DNA from: Trueperaceae bacterium
GTDB taxonomy: Bacteria; Deinococcota; Deinococci; Deinococcales; Trueperaceae
Direction: 5' to 3'
DNA: 64,000 nucleotides
Assembly: GCA_965213925.1 (NCBI GenBank)
Contig: OZ243927.1
Location: 4,512,001-4,576,000, forward strand
This document shows, piece after piece, positions 9,060 to 19,067 of this stretch. The notes under the pieces are model-generated. The model made no database searches. It saw only the letters and a list, made by a program, of their open reading frames with translations, and was not told the DNA's origin. Both the position numbers and the translations under genes were made by a program. The stretch's first letter is position 1. Each line of letters starts with the position of its first letter.

Positions 9060-9304
9060 TCAACCCTTACCAACTCCATACAAGCCAATTACTGCGTGTA
9101 AACGGGCCTTTCGCAACCTAAAGCCTTCTGCGTGAGTTGCGCGCGTTTCTTGCACAAAGGCTTACCGTAGTTGGAACGAAGCGCTCTAAGAAGAGACGAT
9201 TGTCGTAGAAGTGTTCAAGCCTCGCCTGGCGGACTTCCTACGCCCTCGCTGAGCTACGAAGATAGTGTAAGAGAATCGTTCAGCGCATCCGACAGGAGAC
9301 GTCT

Positions 9305-9502
9305 GTGAAGCTATCTGGCAACACCGTTCACATCACCGGCGGCAGTTCCGGCATCGGTCTCGCCTTCGTGGGAGGCTGGACCGCCGACCATCACGCTGGA
9401 GAAGTTTGCGAAGGATGCGCTCCGAGCGCTGGAGAAGGGCCGGTCGGAGGTCCGGGTCGGGGTGCTCAACTGCTCTACGTGTTGAACCGGCTCGCCTCCT
9501 AA
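9305..9502 (+). pseudogene. Short-chain dehydrogenase remnant (internally deleted)
   Basis: MKLSGNTVHITGGSSGIGLAF start, similarity lost thereafter. Confidence 0.65.
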
Positions 9503-9588
9503 CAACTTAATGTGTGCCTTGGTTAAAGGTTCCTTCGGCTCCTACTAATTTACGGTTGCGCACAGTCTCGTTGACCGATAGCGGATAA

Positions 9589-9654
9589 TACGGATTCCGG
9601 GTGAATCCACTACAAAATGCATTCGCACCCCTGCGTTACTCACCGGAATCCGTA
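9589..9654. repeat. Miniature inverted-repeat element
   Basis: TACGGATTCCGGGTGA ... TCACCGGAATCCGTA, TA at both ends. Confidence 0.6.
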
Positions 9655-9823
9655 GCGGTTTCTACTCGCTCAGGAGTCTTCAGCCAAAGGTATGCATCTT
9701 CACATCTACGCGCGTTGTCGTTAAGCTTGCCAGCAGCGGCTGAAGGCTCTTCCTCGGGATTAAACACGCTACTTCGTAGCATGTTCAACCGGAAAAGGTA
9801 TAACTTGTCTCGAGGAGGTGCCC

Positions 9824-10765
9824 ATGCGCGCCATGCGCCTACACCAATTTGGAGACCCCGACGTCCTGCGGCTCGACGAGGTCGCCCTTCCAGAGCCCAA
9901 AGGCGATGAGCTGCTGGTGCGCGTCCACGCCACCAGCCTCAACTATGCCGAACTCGGGCTTCGTCGAGGGGAGATGAAAGCTCTAAGCTTTTGGCGGCTG
10001 CCCCTCACCCTCGGCTTCGACCTCGCCGGCGAAGTAGTGGCCTGCGGCCCCAAGGCGACCGCCTTCTTGCCGGGCGACAGGGTCTACGGCGCTATCGGTC
10101 ACCAGGGGGGTGCTAACGCCGACTACGCCTGCGTCAAGCAGTCACGGGTAACGCTCGCCCCCGCCTCGCTCGCTCTCGATAAACTCGCCACCGTGCCGGT
10201 GGCCGGGCTGACTGCCCTCCAAGCCTTGAGAGACCGAGCGAACCTCCAGACGGGCCAGCGGGTGCTCATTAACGGGGCCTCGGGCGGGGTCGGCGCGTTC
10301 GCAGTGCAGCTCGCCAAGAGGTTTGGCGGCACCGTCACCGGCGTCTGTAGCGGGGCCAAGCGCGACTTCGTCGAGAGCCTCGGTGCGGACGAGATTATCG
10401 ACTATCAAAAGGAGGACTTCTCCGAAAGGTCCGAGCGCTGGGACGTCGTCTTTGACGCCGCTGGCAAGCGCGAGTTCGCTGAACTCCAGAGGGTATTGAG
10501 CGACGAGGGTAGAGCGGTCAGCACCCGCTTGAGTCCAAGGGGGGCGCTTAACGCCGTTACCTCGAGACTAGGGGCCGCGCCGCGCTACCACTTTATCCCA
10601 GCCAGAGAGCGCAGCTACGACCTCGCTTTCCTCGCCCGCCTCATCGAAAGAGGGGAGCTGCGGGTGCCCTTAGACCAAACATTCAGGCTCGAGGACTTGC
10701 CCGAGGCCCACCGCTATATGGAGGCTGGGGAGGTGCGCGGCAAGGTGGTGGTGAAGGTGGCGTGA
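9824..10765 (+). CDS. NADP-dependent oxidoreductase, MDR/quinone-reductase family
   Basis: LGFDLAGEV, GLTALQAL, INGASGGVG, GKVVV; GAGGAGG RBS favours ATG 9824. Confidence 0.9.
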   Translation: MRAMRLHQFGDPDVLRLDEVALPEPKGDELLVRVHATSLNYAELGLRRGEMKALSFWRLPLTLGFDLAGEVVACGPKATAFLPGDRVYGAIGHQGGANADYACVKQSRVTLAPASLALDKLATVPVAGLTALQALRDRANLQTGQRVLINGASGGVGAFAVQLAKRFGGTVTGVCSGAKRDFVESLGADEIIDYQKEDFSERSERWDVVFDAAGKREFAELQRVLSDEGRAVSTRLSPRGALNAVTSRLGAAPRYHFIPARERSYDLAFLARLIERGELRVPLDQTFRLEDLPEAHRYMEAGEVRGKVVVKVA

Positions 10766-11189
10766 GAAGAGACCTTTGAGGTGATACACCCTCATCCTCT
10801 TTGCACAAACGTCTGGCATTGGTCCGTTAGCTAAGCTGACCCTTGTTGAGTGCGAAGCCCTAGGTCTATCAATGGGCGAGGCTTCCGAAATTTAAGGTCC
10901 TCCAAACTAACCACCGCATGAGCGCAATTGGTGCATCCGGTTAATCTCGCGTACGCTTCGGAAGTGGCTTTCCGTATTGCCAACGCTAACTACTAAGAAA
11001 ACATCTTGCGGACTTACAAGATGATCCACAACGCGTATAATGCGCGTGTCTGGCGCACAACACAAAATAACCACTTGAGTGTCAAAGCCGTATTGTAGCG
11101 CCGCCGTGGAGGTGCGGCGGCTTATCAGCCTTCACTTCGCGCAGCCGTCGATCACCGTACGCACTGTGAACGCCACCATCTCCGGGGCG

Positions 11190-12094
11190 CTTTTCGCATG
11201 AGCTTGGAGCAGCTCGAGGCGTAGAAGTGCCTCGAGCGTCGCCTGCACCGTGTCACCAGGTCGGTATGCGGGCATTGTCGTCATAGATGTTGCCTCGGCA
11301 GCACCGCCCGATGGCGGGGCGGGCACTGCTACAGAAGCAGCAGACGACGTAGGTAAATTGTGAGGTGGCCTCGCGAAGGGATCATCGGTCGGCGTTGCAA
11401 CTTGAATCTGAGCGGAGGGTGCGTCGCCCGAGCTATAGACGCGCAAGCTCTCAGATGACCTCTGCCCGGACATCGCCTCGGCTTGCTGCCCGGCGGCGCT
11501 GCTGGTATCCGCGTCGGCAGCACCACCAACACCTTGCGAGCGGCTGTAAACACTCAGACTCGAGGGCGCAGCTTCATTAGCACGCCCATACGCCTGCATT
11601 CCTTGCAGTTCGTTGACAGGAGGCGCGGGCTCAGCGGGAGAACCCGTCGAGACAGCCGAGTTCGCATAGGTATCAAGAAGCGTCAGGGAAAACGGCTCGT
11701 CGAAGTGACAGTTGAACTGGCGCACGGTAGTCGTAAGCGTCTCGAGCGAGAACTGCAACGCTTGGGCTACAACCAGCCCAACACCAGCGCTGTCGAACGG
11801 AAAAACGGCACAGCCAGGCGCATGGACGCTTTTTGTGTGCGCAAATCGTTAGCCTTTGCCCGCCGACCTGAATCTCGTGATGCCATCGGCGCTTGGGCTA
11901 TGACTGTCTACAACTGGGGGCGTGCCAACCGCTCACTTAGAAAGCTGTTACCCCAACCGCAAGGCAAAAAGCTCTATGAGAAGCGCTCGCCTGCGATGGC
12001 GGCTGGCTTGACCGATTTCCTTCGGTCGGTTAAAGACATCCTTCGCTATCAACCTTTTCCGCCAAAGCCAGTGAGATAATCTCGTGGCACCACC
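11190..12094 (+). pseudogene. Degenerate IS1-related transposase and right end
   Basis: NTSAVERKNGTARR, YNW, RSPAMAAGLTD C-terminus; end ...GCACCACC; 5' boundary approximate. Confidence 0.65.
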
Positions 12095-12262
12095 TAACTT
12101 CGCCCTTTCTCGTGATGATCTCGGGTACTTCGCCCAGCACCTCGGCGTCATAGCTCGGCTTATATAGCAGTTCACATAAGCACTGAGCTTGAATCACGCA
12201 AGTATCATTTCCAAACGTGCGCGCTAGACTGCGTTCCCTCTTCTCGGATTGGCTCAAACCAA

Positions 12263-12646
12263 ATGATACTTGCTATATTCAATGTGCTCTGCGTAGGTGT
12301 CGGTTGGTTGCCCTCGTATGAGCAACGCTCTCCGAGTTCAGTTATAGGCGACCTAGATATTCCTAATCTACCGGAGTGGTTCAAAGATTCAGTCGCGTAT
12401 TGGCCAGGTTTCGCGGATAAGTTGAAGGAAACGGAGCGCACTACAGTAGGATTTACAGAACTTGTGTGGCAGTTCGCCTATACATTAGGTTTGACGAAAA
12501 GCATGGTAGGCAACACTGATAAGCTCTTACGTGACTACACCGACTACCGAGGGCGCTATCAGCGCCACCTTTTCCCTCGTGCTCGCGACATTTTGGAGTC
12601 CGCCTTTAACCTCGCACTTACGCTTAGACTGCAATCCTCATGCTAA
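12263..12646 (+). CDS. Hypothetical ORF, possibly a remnant
   Basis: 127-aa ORF with no recognised motif; 3' end runs into an IS remnant. Confidence 0.25.
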   Translation: MILAIFNVLCVGVGWLPSYEQRSPSSVIGDLDIPNLPEWFKDSVAYWPGFADKLKETERTTVGFTELVWQFAYTLGLTKSMVGNTDKLLRDYTDYRGRYQRHLFPRARDILESAFNLALTLRLQSSC

Positions 12647-12946
12647 GCGCTTCGAAAGACGCTATCAGCATAGAACGCCTGCTACAGTAGGGCGTACGCA
12701 TGTACGCCAATTCTTTGAAAGAAGTCGCTATGAACCTTTCGAAATGAAAACAGAGTTCGCTCGAAGAGGGTATAAAGCCGAATTCTGTCCCTTGAAAAGC
12801 TACATATCGAATGCGAATAGGACGTCATAAATCTACACGCGTAAGCCCTGCTGCTACAGTAGCAGGCTTGACCGATACTGTCTGGTCAACCGAACGCCTA
12901 CTTCACACTGTCCCTATTCCTGACAACTCTTGACTGGAAGACTACC
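12610..12946 (+). pseudogene. IS1-related transposase C-terminal remnant with right end
   Basis: RRYQHRTPA|TVAGLTDTVWSTERLL after removing the MITE; end ...GAAGACTACC. Confidence 0.65.
12688..12850. mobile_element. 163-bp MITE with 9-bp target duplication
   Basis: TIRs TAGGGCGTACGCATGTA / TACACGCGTAAGCCCTG; TSD CTGCTACAG at 12679-12687 and 12851-12859. Confidence 0.85.
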
Positions 12947-13043
12947 TATTTAACGTCTTCACTAAAATAAACAGGGCAAAGAGGATGTTGGATGACTCTG
13001 ACGCCTTGCCCTATAAGCATCGTCTCTCTTGATGCGTTCCATT

Positions 13044-13787
13044 TTAACTTCGAGCGACGCTCTGCGGTGCCAAAGTCAAACGCCCAACGATGGCCTCGTC
13101 CTGTACCGTAATCCCGTCTTGCAACACCACTTGCCGCTGTGCCAATAGGGCAACGCGAGGGTCGTGTGTGACCATAACGATAGACATGGTTTCCTCCTCG
13201 TGTAGCCGGAGCAAGATGTCTAGTACCGCGTCTCCCGCTTCGGTGTTTAGATTGCCCGTGGGCTCGTCGGCTAGCAGCAAGGTGGGGCTATTGACGAGGG
13301 CTCGAGCAATCGCCACCCGCTGTTGTTGCCCTCCGGAGAGCTGGCTCGGCATGTGCTTGACCCGGTCACTTAGTCCAACTTTCTCGAGCATCATCTTAGC
13401 TCGTTCGGTGCGCTTTTTGCCCCCGACCTTGGCGTAAACCAGCGGCTGCTCTACATTTTCTAGTGCGGTCATGTCGGACAACAGGTTGTAAGCCTGAAAC
13501 ACGAAGCCAAAGTGCCGGTTGCGGATACGTGAGAGTTCTTTGTCTGGTAAGCGAGTGATGTCGTGCCCTTCTAGTTTGTAGCTTCCCGAGGTTGGCGTGT
13601 CCAAACAGCCCAGCAAGTGTAACAAGGTCGATTTGCCCGAACCCGACTGCCCTACGACGCTCACGAACTCGCCACGCTTCATAGCGAAATCTACCCCGTC
13701 CAGCGCCGGAACGTCTACATTACCCATGTTGTAGACCTTGTAGATATTTTTAAGGTCGATCATCTTTGTTTGTGCAGGGTCATTCAT
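13044..13787 (-). CDS. ABC transporter ATPase (MacB/LolD type)
   Basis: GQSGSGKS, LSGGQQQRV, LLADEPTGNL, VTHD; AGGAGG RBS before ATG 13787. Confidence 0.95.
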   Translation of the reverse strand: MNDPAQTKMIDLKNIYKVYNMGNVDVPALDGVDFAMKRGEFVSVVGQSGSGKSTLLHLLGCLDTPTSGSYKLEGHDITRLPDKELSRIRNRHFGFVFQAYNLLSDMTALENVEQPLVYAKVGGKKRTERAKMMLEKVGLSDRVKHMPSQLSGGQQQRVAIARALVNSPTLLLADEPTGNLNTEAGDAVLDILLRLHEEETMSIVMVTHDPRVALLAQRQVVLQDGITVQDEAIVGRLTLAPQSVARS

Positions 13788-14097
13788 GGTTTTTCCTCCT
13801 AAGTCTTTGTAGGTTGAAAGCCGCACTGAAAAACCCTGAACTTTCAGCCTCTATAGCAGGTATCATCTGGTTTGAGCCAATCTGAGAAGGTAAAGCATAG
13901 TCTAGCACGCACTTTCAGTGATGATGCCTGCGCCATTTCGAATCAGTATTTCTGATGATCGCTATAACTGTTTATAGTGCGTTTCATGCTTATTGACAGT
14001 AAACCGGTTGCGTTTATTTCTACTCGCGCTTCGTTCTCACCGTCGTTCGGAACCGCTCGGCTGATATTGGCAGCTGCTAAGACCGGCGAAACGCTCT

Positions 14098-15396
14098 TTA
14101 GTTGATGGCTCCCTCACTCGCCAGTTCTATCTCCGCCTTATCCTTAAACGCCTCATACGAGCTGCTTACGATGGTGTCGCCCGCTCTAAGCCCTTCTTTG
14201 ACCTCAATGGCGTTGCCATCAACGACGCCGAAGATGACGTTCGTGCGCGTCGCCGTGTCGCCGCTGATCAGGTAAACAAAGCGTTCGCCGCCGGTACTCA
14301 AGTAAGCGCCTCTAGGCAGGTTGAGTGCATCTTCCTTGCGGTCGGCTTCGATGTCAGCGTTCGCACTCGCGCCGATGCGGATGTCCCGGGGTGGGCTGTC
14401 GAAACTCAAGCTCACCGACACGACGGGACCGTTTTGACCCGCTTCGGCGTTCGGGGAGACCTGTACGACACTGCCCTTGTAGTCGGTGGTGCCGACGCGG
14501 AGGTTGGCGCTCTGCCCCACGCTGACGCGCCCCGCTTGCGCTTCGGGAACGGTGACGACGACGCGCACGTCCTGGCTGCTGGCGACGCTCGCGAGGAGCG
14601 CTTGGGCGCTCACCGCCTGTCCCACGGTTGCGCTGAGCTTCATGACGCGCCCCGCCACCGGCGCTGTCAACTCGAGCCCCGCCTCCTGCTCCTGCAAATT
14701 AGCCAGTTTGGTCTGTGCCTGCTCGAGCCTGAGCTGGGCTTCCTGAGTGGCGAGGTCGTTCGTCGTCACGGCGTCTCGCTGGGCTAAGGCTTTGCTTTCA
14801 ACGTCTTCTCTCGTCTGTTCAACCTTTAAGCGGGCGGTATCTAGCTCGTTTTTTGAGACTGCGCCCGCGCCAAAGAGCCTTTGGGCGGTAGTGAGTTCAG
14901 CTTCTGCCTGAGCGAGCGAGGTTTGAAGGCGTTTTTGCTCCAGCGACAGCCCCCTCGCACTCGCGCCGTCCTCAACGGCTAACTTGTCCAGCGCCAACCG
15001 TGCGGCTTGCACCTCTTTCTCGGCGTCCGCCGCGTCCTGCCCCAAACTCTGCGAACTCAAGCGCCCGAGGGTTGCCCCCTCCGAGACCTCATCCCCCTCA
15101 GCCACGAGCCACTCGGCGAGGGTGCCTTCGACCGGCGCGAGGACGCTGCGCTCGAGTTTGGGCACGACGCTGCCGGTAGCGCGTACATAGTCTATAAGCG
15201 TGCCGCTCGCGACTGTAGCGGTTTCAAAACTGCGCAGGGTGTACGTATCGCTGCGCGGGCGCAGCAGGAAAAAGGGCACGGTGAGCAGGGCGAGCAGAAC
15301 AGCGCCGACGAAGACCCACAGCGCCCCGTTGGTACGGCGCTTTTCACCCTTGGGGCGGGCGCGGGTTTGGACGATGGGTTCGTGTCGGTCAGTCAT
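14098..15396 (-). CDS. Periplasmic adaptor / membrane fusion protein (MacA/HlyD type)
   Basis: N-terminal TM, lipoyl half-motifs (VLAPVEGT..VAEGDEV; LTAPVAGRV), coiled coil, GLRAGD. Confidence 0.9.
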   Translation of the reverse strand: MTDRHEPIVQTRARPKGEKRRTNGALWVFVGAVLLALLTVPFFLLRPRSDTYTLRSFETATVASGTLIDYVRATGSVVPKLERSVLAPVEGTLAEWLVAEGDEVSEGATLGRLSSQSLGQDAADAEKEVQAARLALDKLAVEDGASARGLSLEQKRLQTSLAQAEAELTTAQRLFGAGAVSKNELDTARLKVEQTREDVESKALAQRDAVTTNDLATQEAQLRLEQAQTKLANLQEQEAGLELTAPVAGRVMKLSATVGQAVSAQALLASVASSQDVRVVVTVPEAQAGRVSVGQSANLRVGTTDYKGSVVQVSPNAEAGQNGPVVSVSLSFDSPPRDIRIGASANADIEADRKEDALNLPRGAYLSTGGERFVYLISGDTATRTNVIFGVVDGNAIEVKEGLRAGDTIVSSSYEAFKDKAEIELASEGAIN

Positions 15397-15409
15397 GGAT
15401 AACCGTCAT

Positions 15410-16648
15410 TTACGCCTTTCTCTGCAACGCTTCTACAGGGTTGAGTCTGGTAAGCGTTAAGGCAGGAAGAAAGCCCAGCAAGACGCCTAGCAAAACGGTT
15501 GTCAGCGTCACAAGCAGAGCTGCTAGAGGGTGCCAGTTGAACTGTAAACCGAAAGAAAAGGTTTCCCCCAGCGGTCCTTGTAAAAGCGTGACCAGCAGCG
15601 CCGCCAAGAGTGCGCCCGCCGCCGCACCCATAAACGCCAGGGACGCCGCGCCGACGGAAATCTCCTTACAGATATCAAGCCTACTCGCGCCGAGGGCGCG
15701 TTTCAAACCGATGTCGTGACCTCGCTCGAGCAGGTCGATGAGCGTGGTCGAAAACAGACCGATTGACCCGATGATGAGCGATACAACACCGAACATCGCT
15801 AGGATAATCAAGTTGGGGTTAAAGGGCGCTGCCGCGTTTTGAAAGTCTGCCACCTTGCTGATGAAAAAATCTCTTCCCGCTTCAGCCTCCTGGATCATGT
15901 CATCATCCTGGTAGTGCTGCCGAGCCGCCGCTAAAAGCTGCGCCTGGGCAACGTCGCCCCGCCCCTTTTTCGCCTTGACCAATACCTGATACGACCAAAC
16001 ACCAGAAAAACTTTCCGGTGCCCAAATAGGGTAATAGATGGCTGGGGTCGTGTACAACACGTTCGTCGTCTCGGCAAAGGTGCCGACGACCCGGTAGGGC
16101 ACGGGGTCTTCGTTTACAAACTCCTGAGCGTAAAAGTTGTGAGAGGGCGTTTTGAGAATCGTTTTGCCGATAGGGTCAGCGTCACCAAAGATTTGCTGAG
16201 CTGAGGCGTCGGATAGAAGGACTACAGCTTCCTGCGCCCTTTCATCCGCTTCGCTAAAGGCGTACCCTCTCGTCATGTGTACAGGCGATAGCGCAAAATA
16301 GTTGAGGTCGACGGTAGCGGTGGCGTCCGTATTGAACGCGAAGCGCCTGCCCTCGTAGACAACGTTCGCAACGTTCCAGCCGGTCTGGTATATCGCTATG
16401 TCCGCCACGTCAGGCGCGAGGTTTTTCAAATCCTGAAAATCATTTGACTCGAACACACCGTAGAGGCTAGCGCCGTCTTCATCCCTAAACCCTGCATTCA
16501 GAAAGAAAGTATCGTCGCTCCCGGTATCCTGCGCAGAGAAATAAGGGGAGAGTGCCAGCATCATCGCTAGGCTACCCAATAGAATCTGCAAAAAGGTAAG
16601 AAAAAGCCGGAGCGGTCTGCGCCTTAGATTAAGCAGTAGGGTTCTCAC
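15410..16648 (-). CDS. MacB/FtsX-like ABC permease, type B copy 3
   Basis: TM1, periplasmic domain, ERGHDIGLKRALGA, three C-terminal TMs, NPVEAL. Confidence 0.9.
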   Translation of the reverse strand: MRTLLLNLRRRPLRLFLTFLQILLGSLAMMLALSPYFSAQDTGSDDTFFLNAGFRDEDGASLYGVFESNDFQDLKNLAPDVADIAIYQTGWNVANVVYEGRRFAFNTDATATVDLNYFALSPVHMTRGYAFSEADERAQEAVVLLSDASAQQIFGDADPIGKTILKTPSHNFYAQEFVNEDPVPYRVVGTFAETTNVLYTTPAIYYPIWAPESFSGVWSYQVLVKAKKGRGDVAQAQLLAAARQHYQDDDMIQEAEAGRDFFISKVADFQNAAAPFNPNLIILAMFGVVSLIIGSIGLFSTTLIDLLERGHDIGLKRALGASRLDICKEISVGAASLAFMGAAAGALLAALLVTLLQGPLGETFSFGLQFNWHPLAALLVTLTTVLLGVLLGFLPALTLTRLNPVEALQRKA

Positions 16649-16656
16649 GCGCTACC

Positions 16657-17850
16657 TCACAGCTCCAAGGACTCGGTAACGTTCAAACGGGAGGCGAGCA
16701 GCGCGGGGTAAACCGAGAAGATCACACTTATACAGAGGGCTGAAACGAAACCGACTACCAGGGGTAGCAGTGAAGGCGAATCAGCAATTAGGATAGCTTG
16801 CTGGCCGGCAGCGGTCACGTAGGTGTCGAAGACGATGAGTAGCCCGTAGCCCAGCAGCACCCCGGTAGCGCCTCCTATCAAGCCCAGCACCAGGGCGTCC
16901 ACAAGGTATTGGTTTCTAATCACCCTGCGGGTTGCCCCTAGCGTTCTCAGGATGCCGGTGTCCCGTCTGTTTCTGAAGACCCGCGCCAGCAACAAATTCA
17001 TGATGTTCAGCGCCGCGCTCATCAATCCGATAGAGGCGAGCGAGGCGATCAGCAGGCGGGTGGAACGCTGCCCCGCAGCGTACCTTTTCAGGTCCTGGGA
17101 GCGCACGCTCACACGGTCGCCCCAGGTTCTAGCGGCAAACGCCTGCAACTGTGCGCGCGCTTCGTCAACATCGGCAACGTCCTCAACAACAAAGGTGAGA
17201 GGACCCATCGCGTTGTAGAGGTCAGAACGAAAGGGAATAAGGATATCCGAGTTTGCGTTTTCGCTCGCTGCCATCACGCCGATAATCTCAACGTTGAAGT
17301 CTCCCCACGTATCGGTAACGTGTTCGCCTACCGGGTCAGATACTCCCATGAGCTTGACGAGTCTGGGCGAAACCAGGGCAATGTTGCGCTGCTCAGCGTA
17401 GTCACTGTCGGTGAAGCTCGAGCCCTCCGACACCGTTATGTCGTTGACCACCAGGTAGTCCTTGCTGACGGAAAGGATAGCCACGCCGTCTTTGGAAAGA
17501 TGACTCGTGTCCACGCCGACAGGTGAGGTTATGTAGGCGTACGCTACCTTGGGCGCACTGTCTCGCGCCCTTTCCATATCAGCTTCGGTAAGCGTTATGG
17601 GCTCGTCGCCTAAGCGCCCCACCTCGTGGATAAGGCTTCCATCTTCTTCAGCAGCGTTAGAAAGGTCGTCTTCCCTGGTCTGCACCGTAAGCTCCCTAGC
17701 CCATAGCGAGGTCGTGAGCGCGGTTTGCGCCTGCCTATTCACGTCGATAAACGCCGCGATAGCGGTTACAGCAGCAACCCCTAGCGCGAGCGCGAGCAGG
17801 GTGAGCGCGGACTGGAGGGGGCTCGAGGTTAAGCGCCGTAATTCCGTCAT
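16657..17850 (-). CDS. MacB/FtsX-like ABC permease, type A copy 3
   Basis: PLQSALTLLALALGVAAV, LNIMNLLLARV, GILRTLGA; ATG 17850 overlaps the upstream TGA. Confidence 0.9.
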   Translation of the reverse strand: MTELRRLTSSPLQSALTLLALALGVAAVTAIAAFIDVNRQAQTALTTSLWARELTVQTREDDLSNAAEEDGSLIHEVGRLGDEPITLTEADMERARDSAPKVAYAYITSPVGVDTSHLSKDGVAILSVSKDYLVVNDITVSEGSSFTDSDYAEQRNIALVSPRLVKLMGVSDPVGEHVTDTWGDFNVEIIGVMAASENANSDILIPFRSDLYNAMGPLTFVVEDVADVDEARAQLQAFAARTWGDRVSVRSQDLKRYAAGQRSTRLLIASLASIGLMSAALNIMNLLLARVFRNRRDTGILRTLGATRRVIRNQYLVDALVLGLIGGATGVLLGYGLLIVFDTYVTAAGQQAILIADSPSLLPLVVGFVSALCISVIFSVYPALLASRLNVTESLEL

Positions 17851-19067
17851 CACGCGACCTTGAGCGCCTCGATGGGCTTCATTCTTCCGGCTCTTAGGGC
17901 AGGTATAAATGATAAAACTGCCCCCAGTGCAACGGCGACTAAAATGACAATAAGCGCTGCTTCGGGCTGCCACAGCAACTGCTTTGTGCCGTACAGATAG
18001 GTTTGTGCGAGCGGTCCCGTGAGAACAGGCATCATCAGCCCTGCAAACGCTGCGCCCAACACGCTGCCGACAAGGGAGAGCAGGGCGGCCTCGAGGCTGA
18101 ACTGTCTACCAACTTGCACGCCCGTCGCGCCGAGTGCCCGGTTGAGCCCGATTTCGTGGGTGCGACGGGTCACCTCGATCAAGGTGTTCGAGAACAGCCC
18201 GACCGAGCTAACGATCAACGCGACAACACCGAACAGTCCGAGGATGATGAAAATGGAGTTCGCACCAGCAGGTTCGAAGGGGGTAACGATGAAAAAGTCG
18301 CGCCCTTCGGGGTTGTCCTGCACCATCTCATTGCCTTGGTAAAACCGCCGGACGGCGCTCAGCATTTGTGCCTGCGCCACCTCGCCCTGACCGGGTTTGG
18401 CTTTGACTAGCAGGGTTGCAAAGCCGCTGCCTCCATAACTCACACCACCCTTAGCCCAAACTGGGAAAACCACCCCTGGTGTCCCGTAGCTCGAGACGAC
18501 CGCAGGGTCTTCGATCAGTCCGGCGACGCGGTAGCGCGTTGACGACAGTTGCGTCCCGCTGCTAGGTGATACGTTGACCGCCATAACCTCTTGTCCCACC
18601 GGGTCTATATCCTCGAAGATAGCCTTAGCTGCCGACTCGCTCAGTAAGACGACAGCCTCTTCCTTGTCTGCATCGGCTTGGCTAAACGCGCTCCCACGTG
18701 TCACCTCCACATCAGCTAGGGAAAAATAGTTAGGCGTGGCATTAAGACCGTTCAAAAATCGGTAGCGCTGCCCGTTGTAGATAAGTTCGGACTCCCATGT
18801 GTCAGCAGCGATAGCAACAGCCTCGACATCGTCCGTGAGGGTGAGCAGTTCTTCCAGATCGTCCGTGCTAAAGAGGTCATAGCTGGAACTCGAGCCGTCA
18901 GGGTCTTGCGAGCCGGTGCTCAGGTAGAACAGGTCCTCACCCAAACCGTCCTCCGGCGTCATGTAGGCGGACAGCGCCAGCGTCATCGCAAAACTTCCCA
19001 ACACGACCTGGACAAGGGTCAAGAAGGTTTGCAGCGTCTTCGTTCTGAACCGCCTCAACAGGTGCAT
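17850..19067 (-). CDS. MacB/FtsX-like ABC permease, type B copy 2
   Basis: QVVLGSFAMTLALSAY, RTHEIGLNRALGA, KPIEAL. Confidence 0.9.
   Translation of the reverse strand: MHLLRRFRTKTLQTFLTLVQVVLGSFAMTLALSAYMTPEDGLGEDLFYLSTGSQDPDGSSSSYDLFSTDDLEELLTLTDDVEAVAIAADTWESELIYNGQRYRFLNGLNATPNYFSLADVEVTRGSAFSQADADKEEAVVLLSESAAKAIFEDIDPVGQEVMAVNVSPSSGTQLSSTRYRVAGLIEDPAVVSSYGTPGVVFPVWAKGGVSYGGSGFATLLVKAKPGQGEVAQAQMLSAVRRFYQGNEMVQDNPEGRDFFIVTPFEPAGANSIFIILGLFGVVALIVSSVGLFSNTLIEVTRRTHEIGLNRALGATGVQVGRQFSLEAALLSLVGSVLGAAFAGLMMPVLTGPLAQTYLYGTKQLLWQPEAALIVILVAVALGAVLSFIPALRAGRMKPIEALKVA

Noticed and set aside
11132..11758. 208-aa minus-strand ORF
   Set aside because: Mostly antisense to a decayed transposase; at most the last ~20 codons may be a remnant of a real gene.
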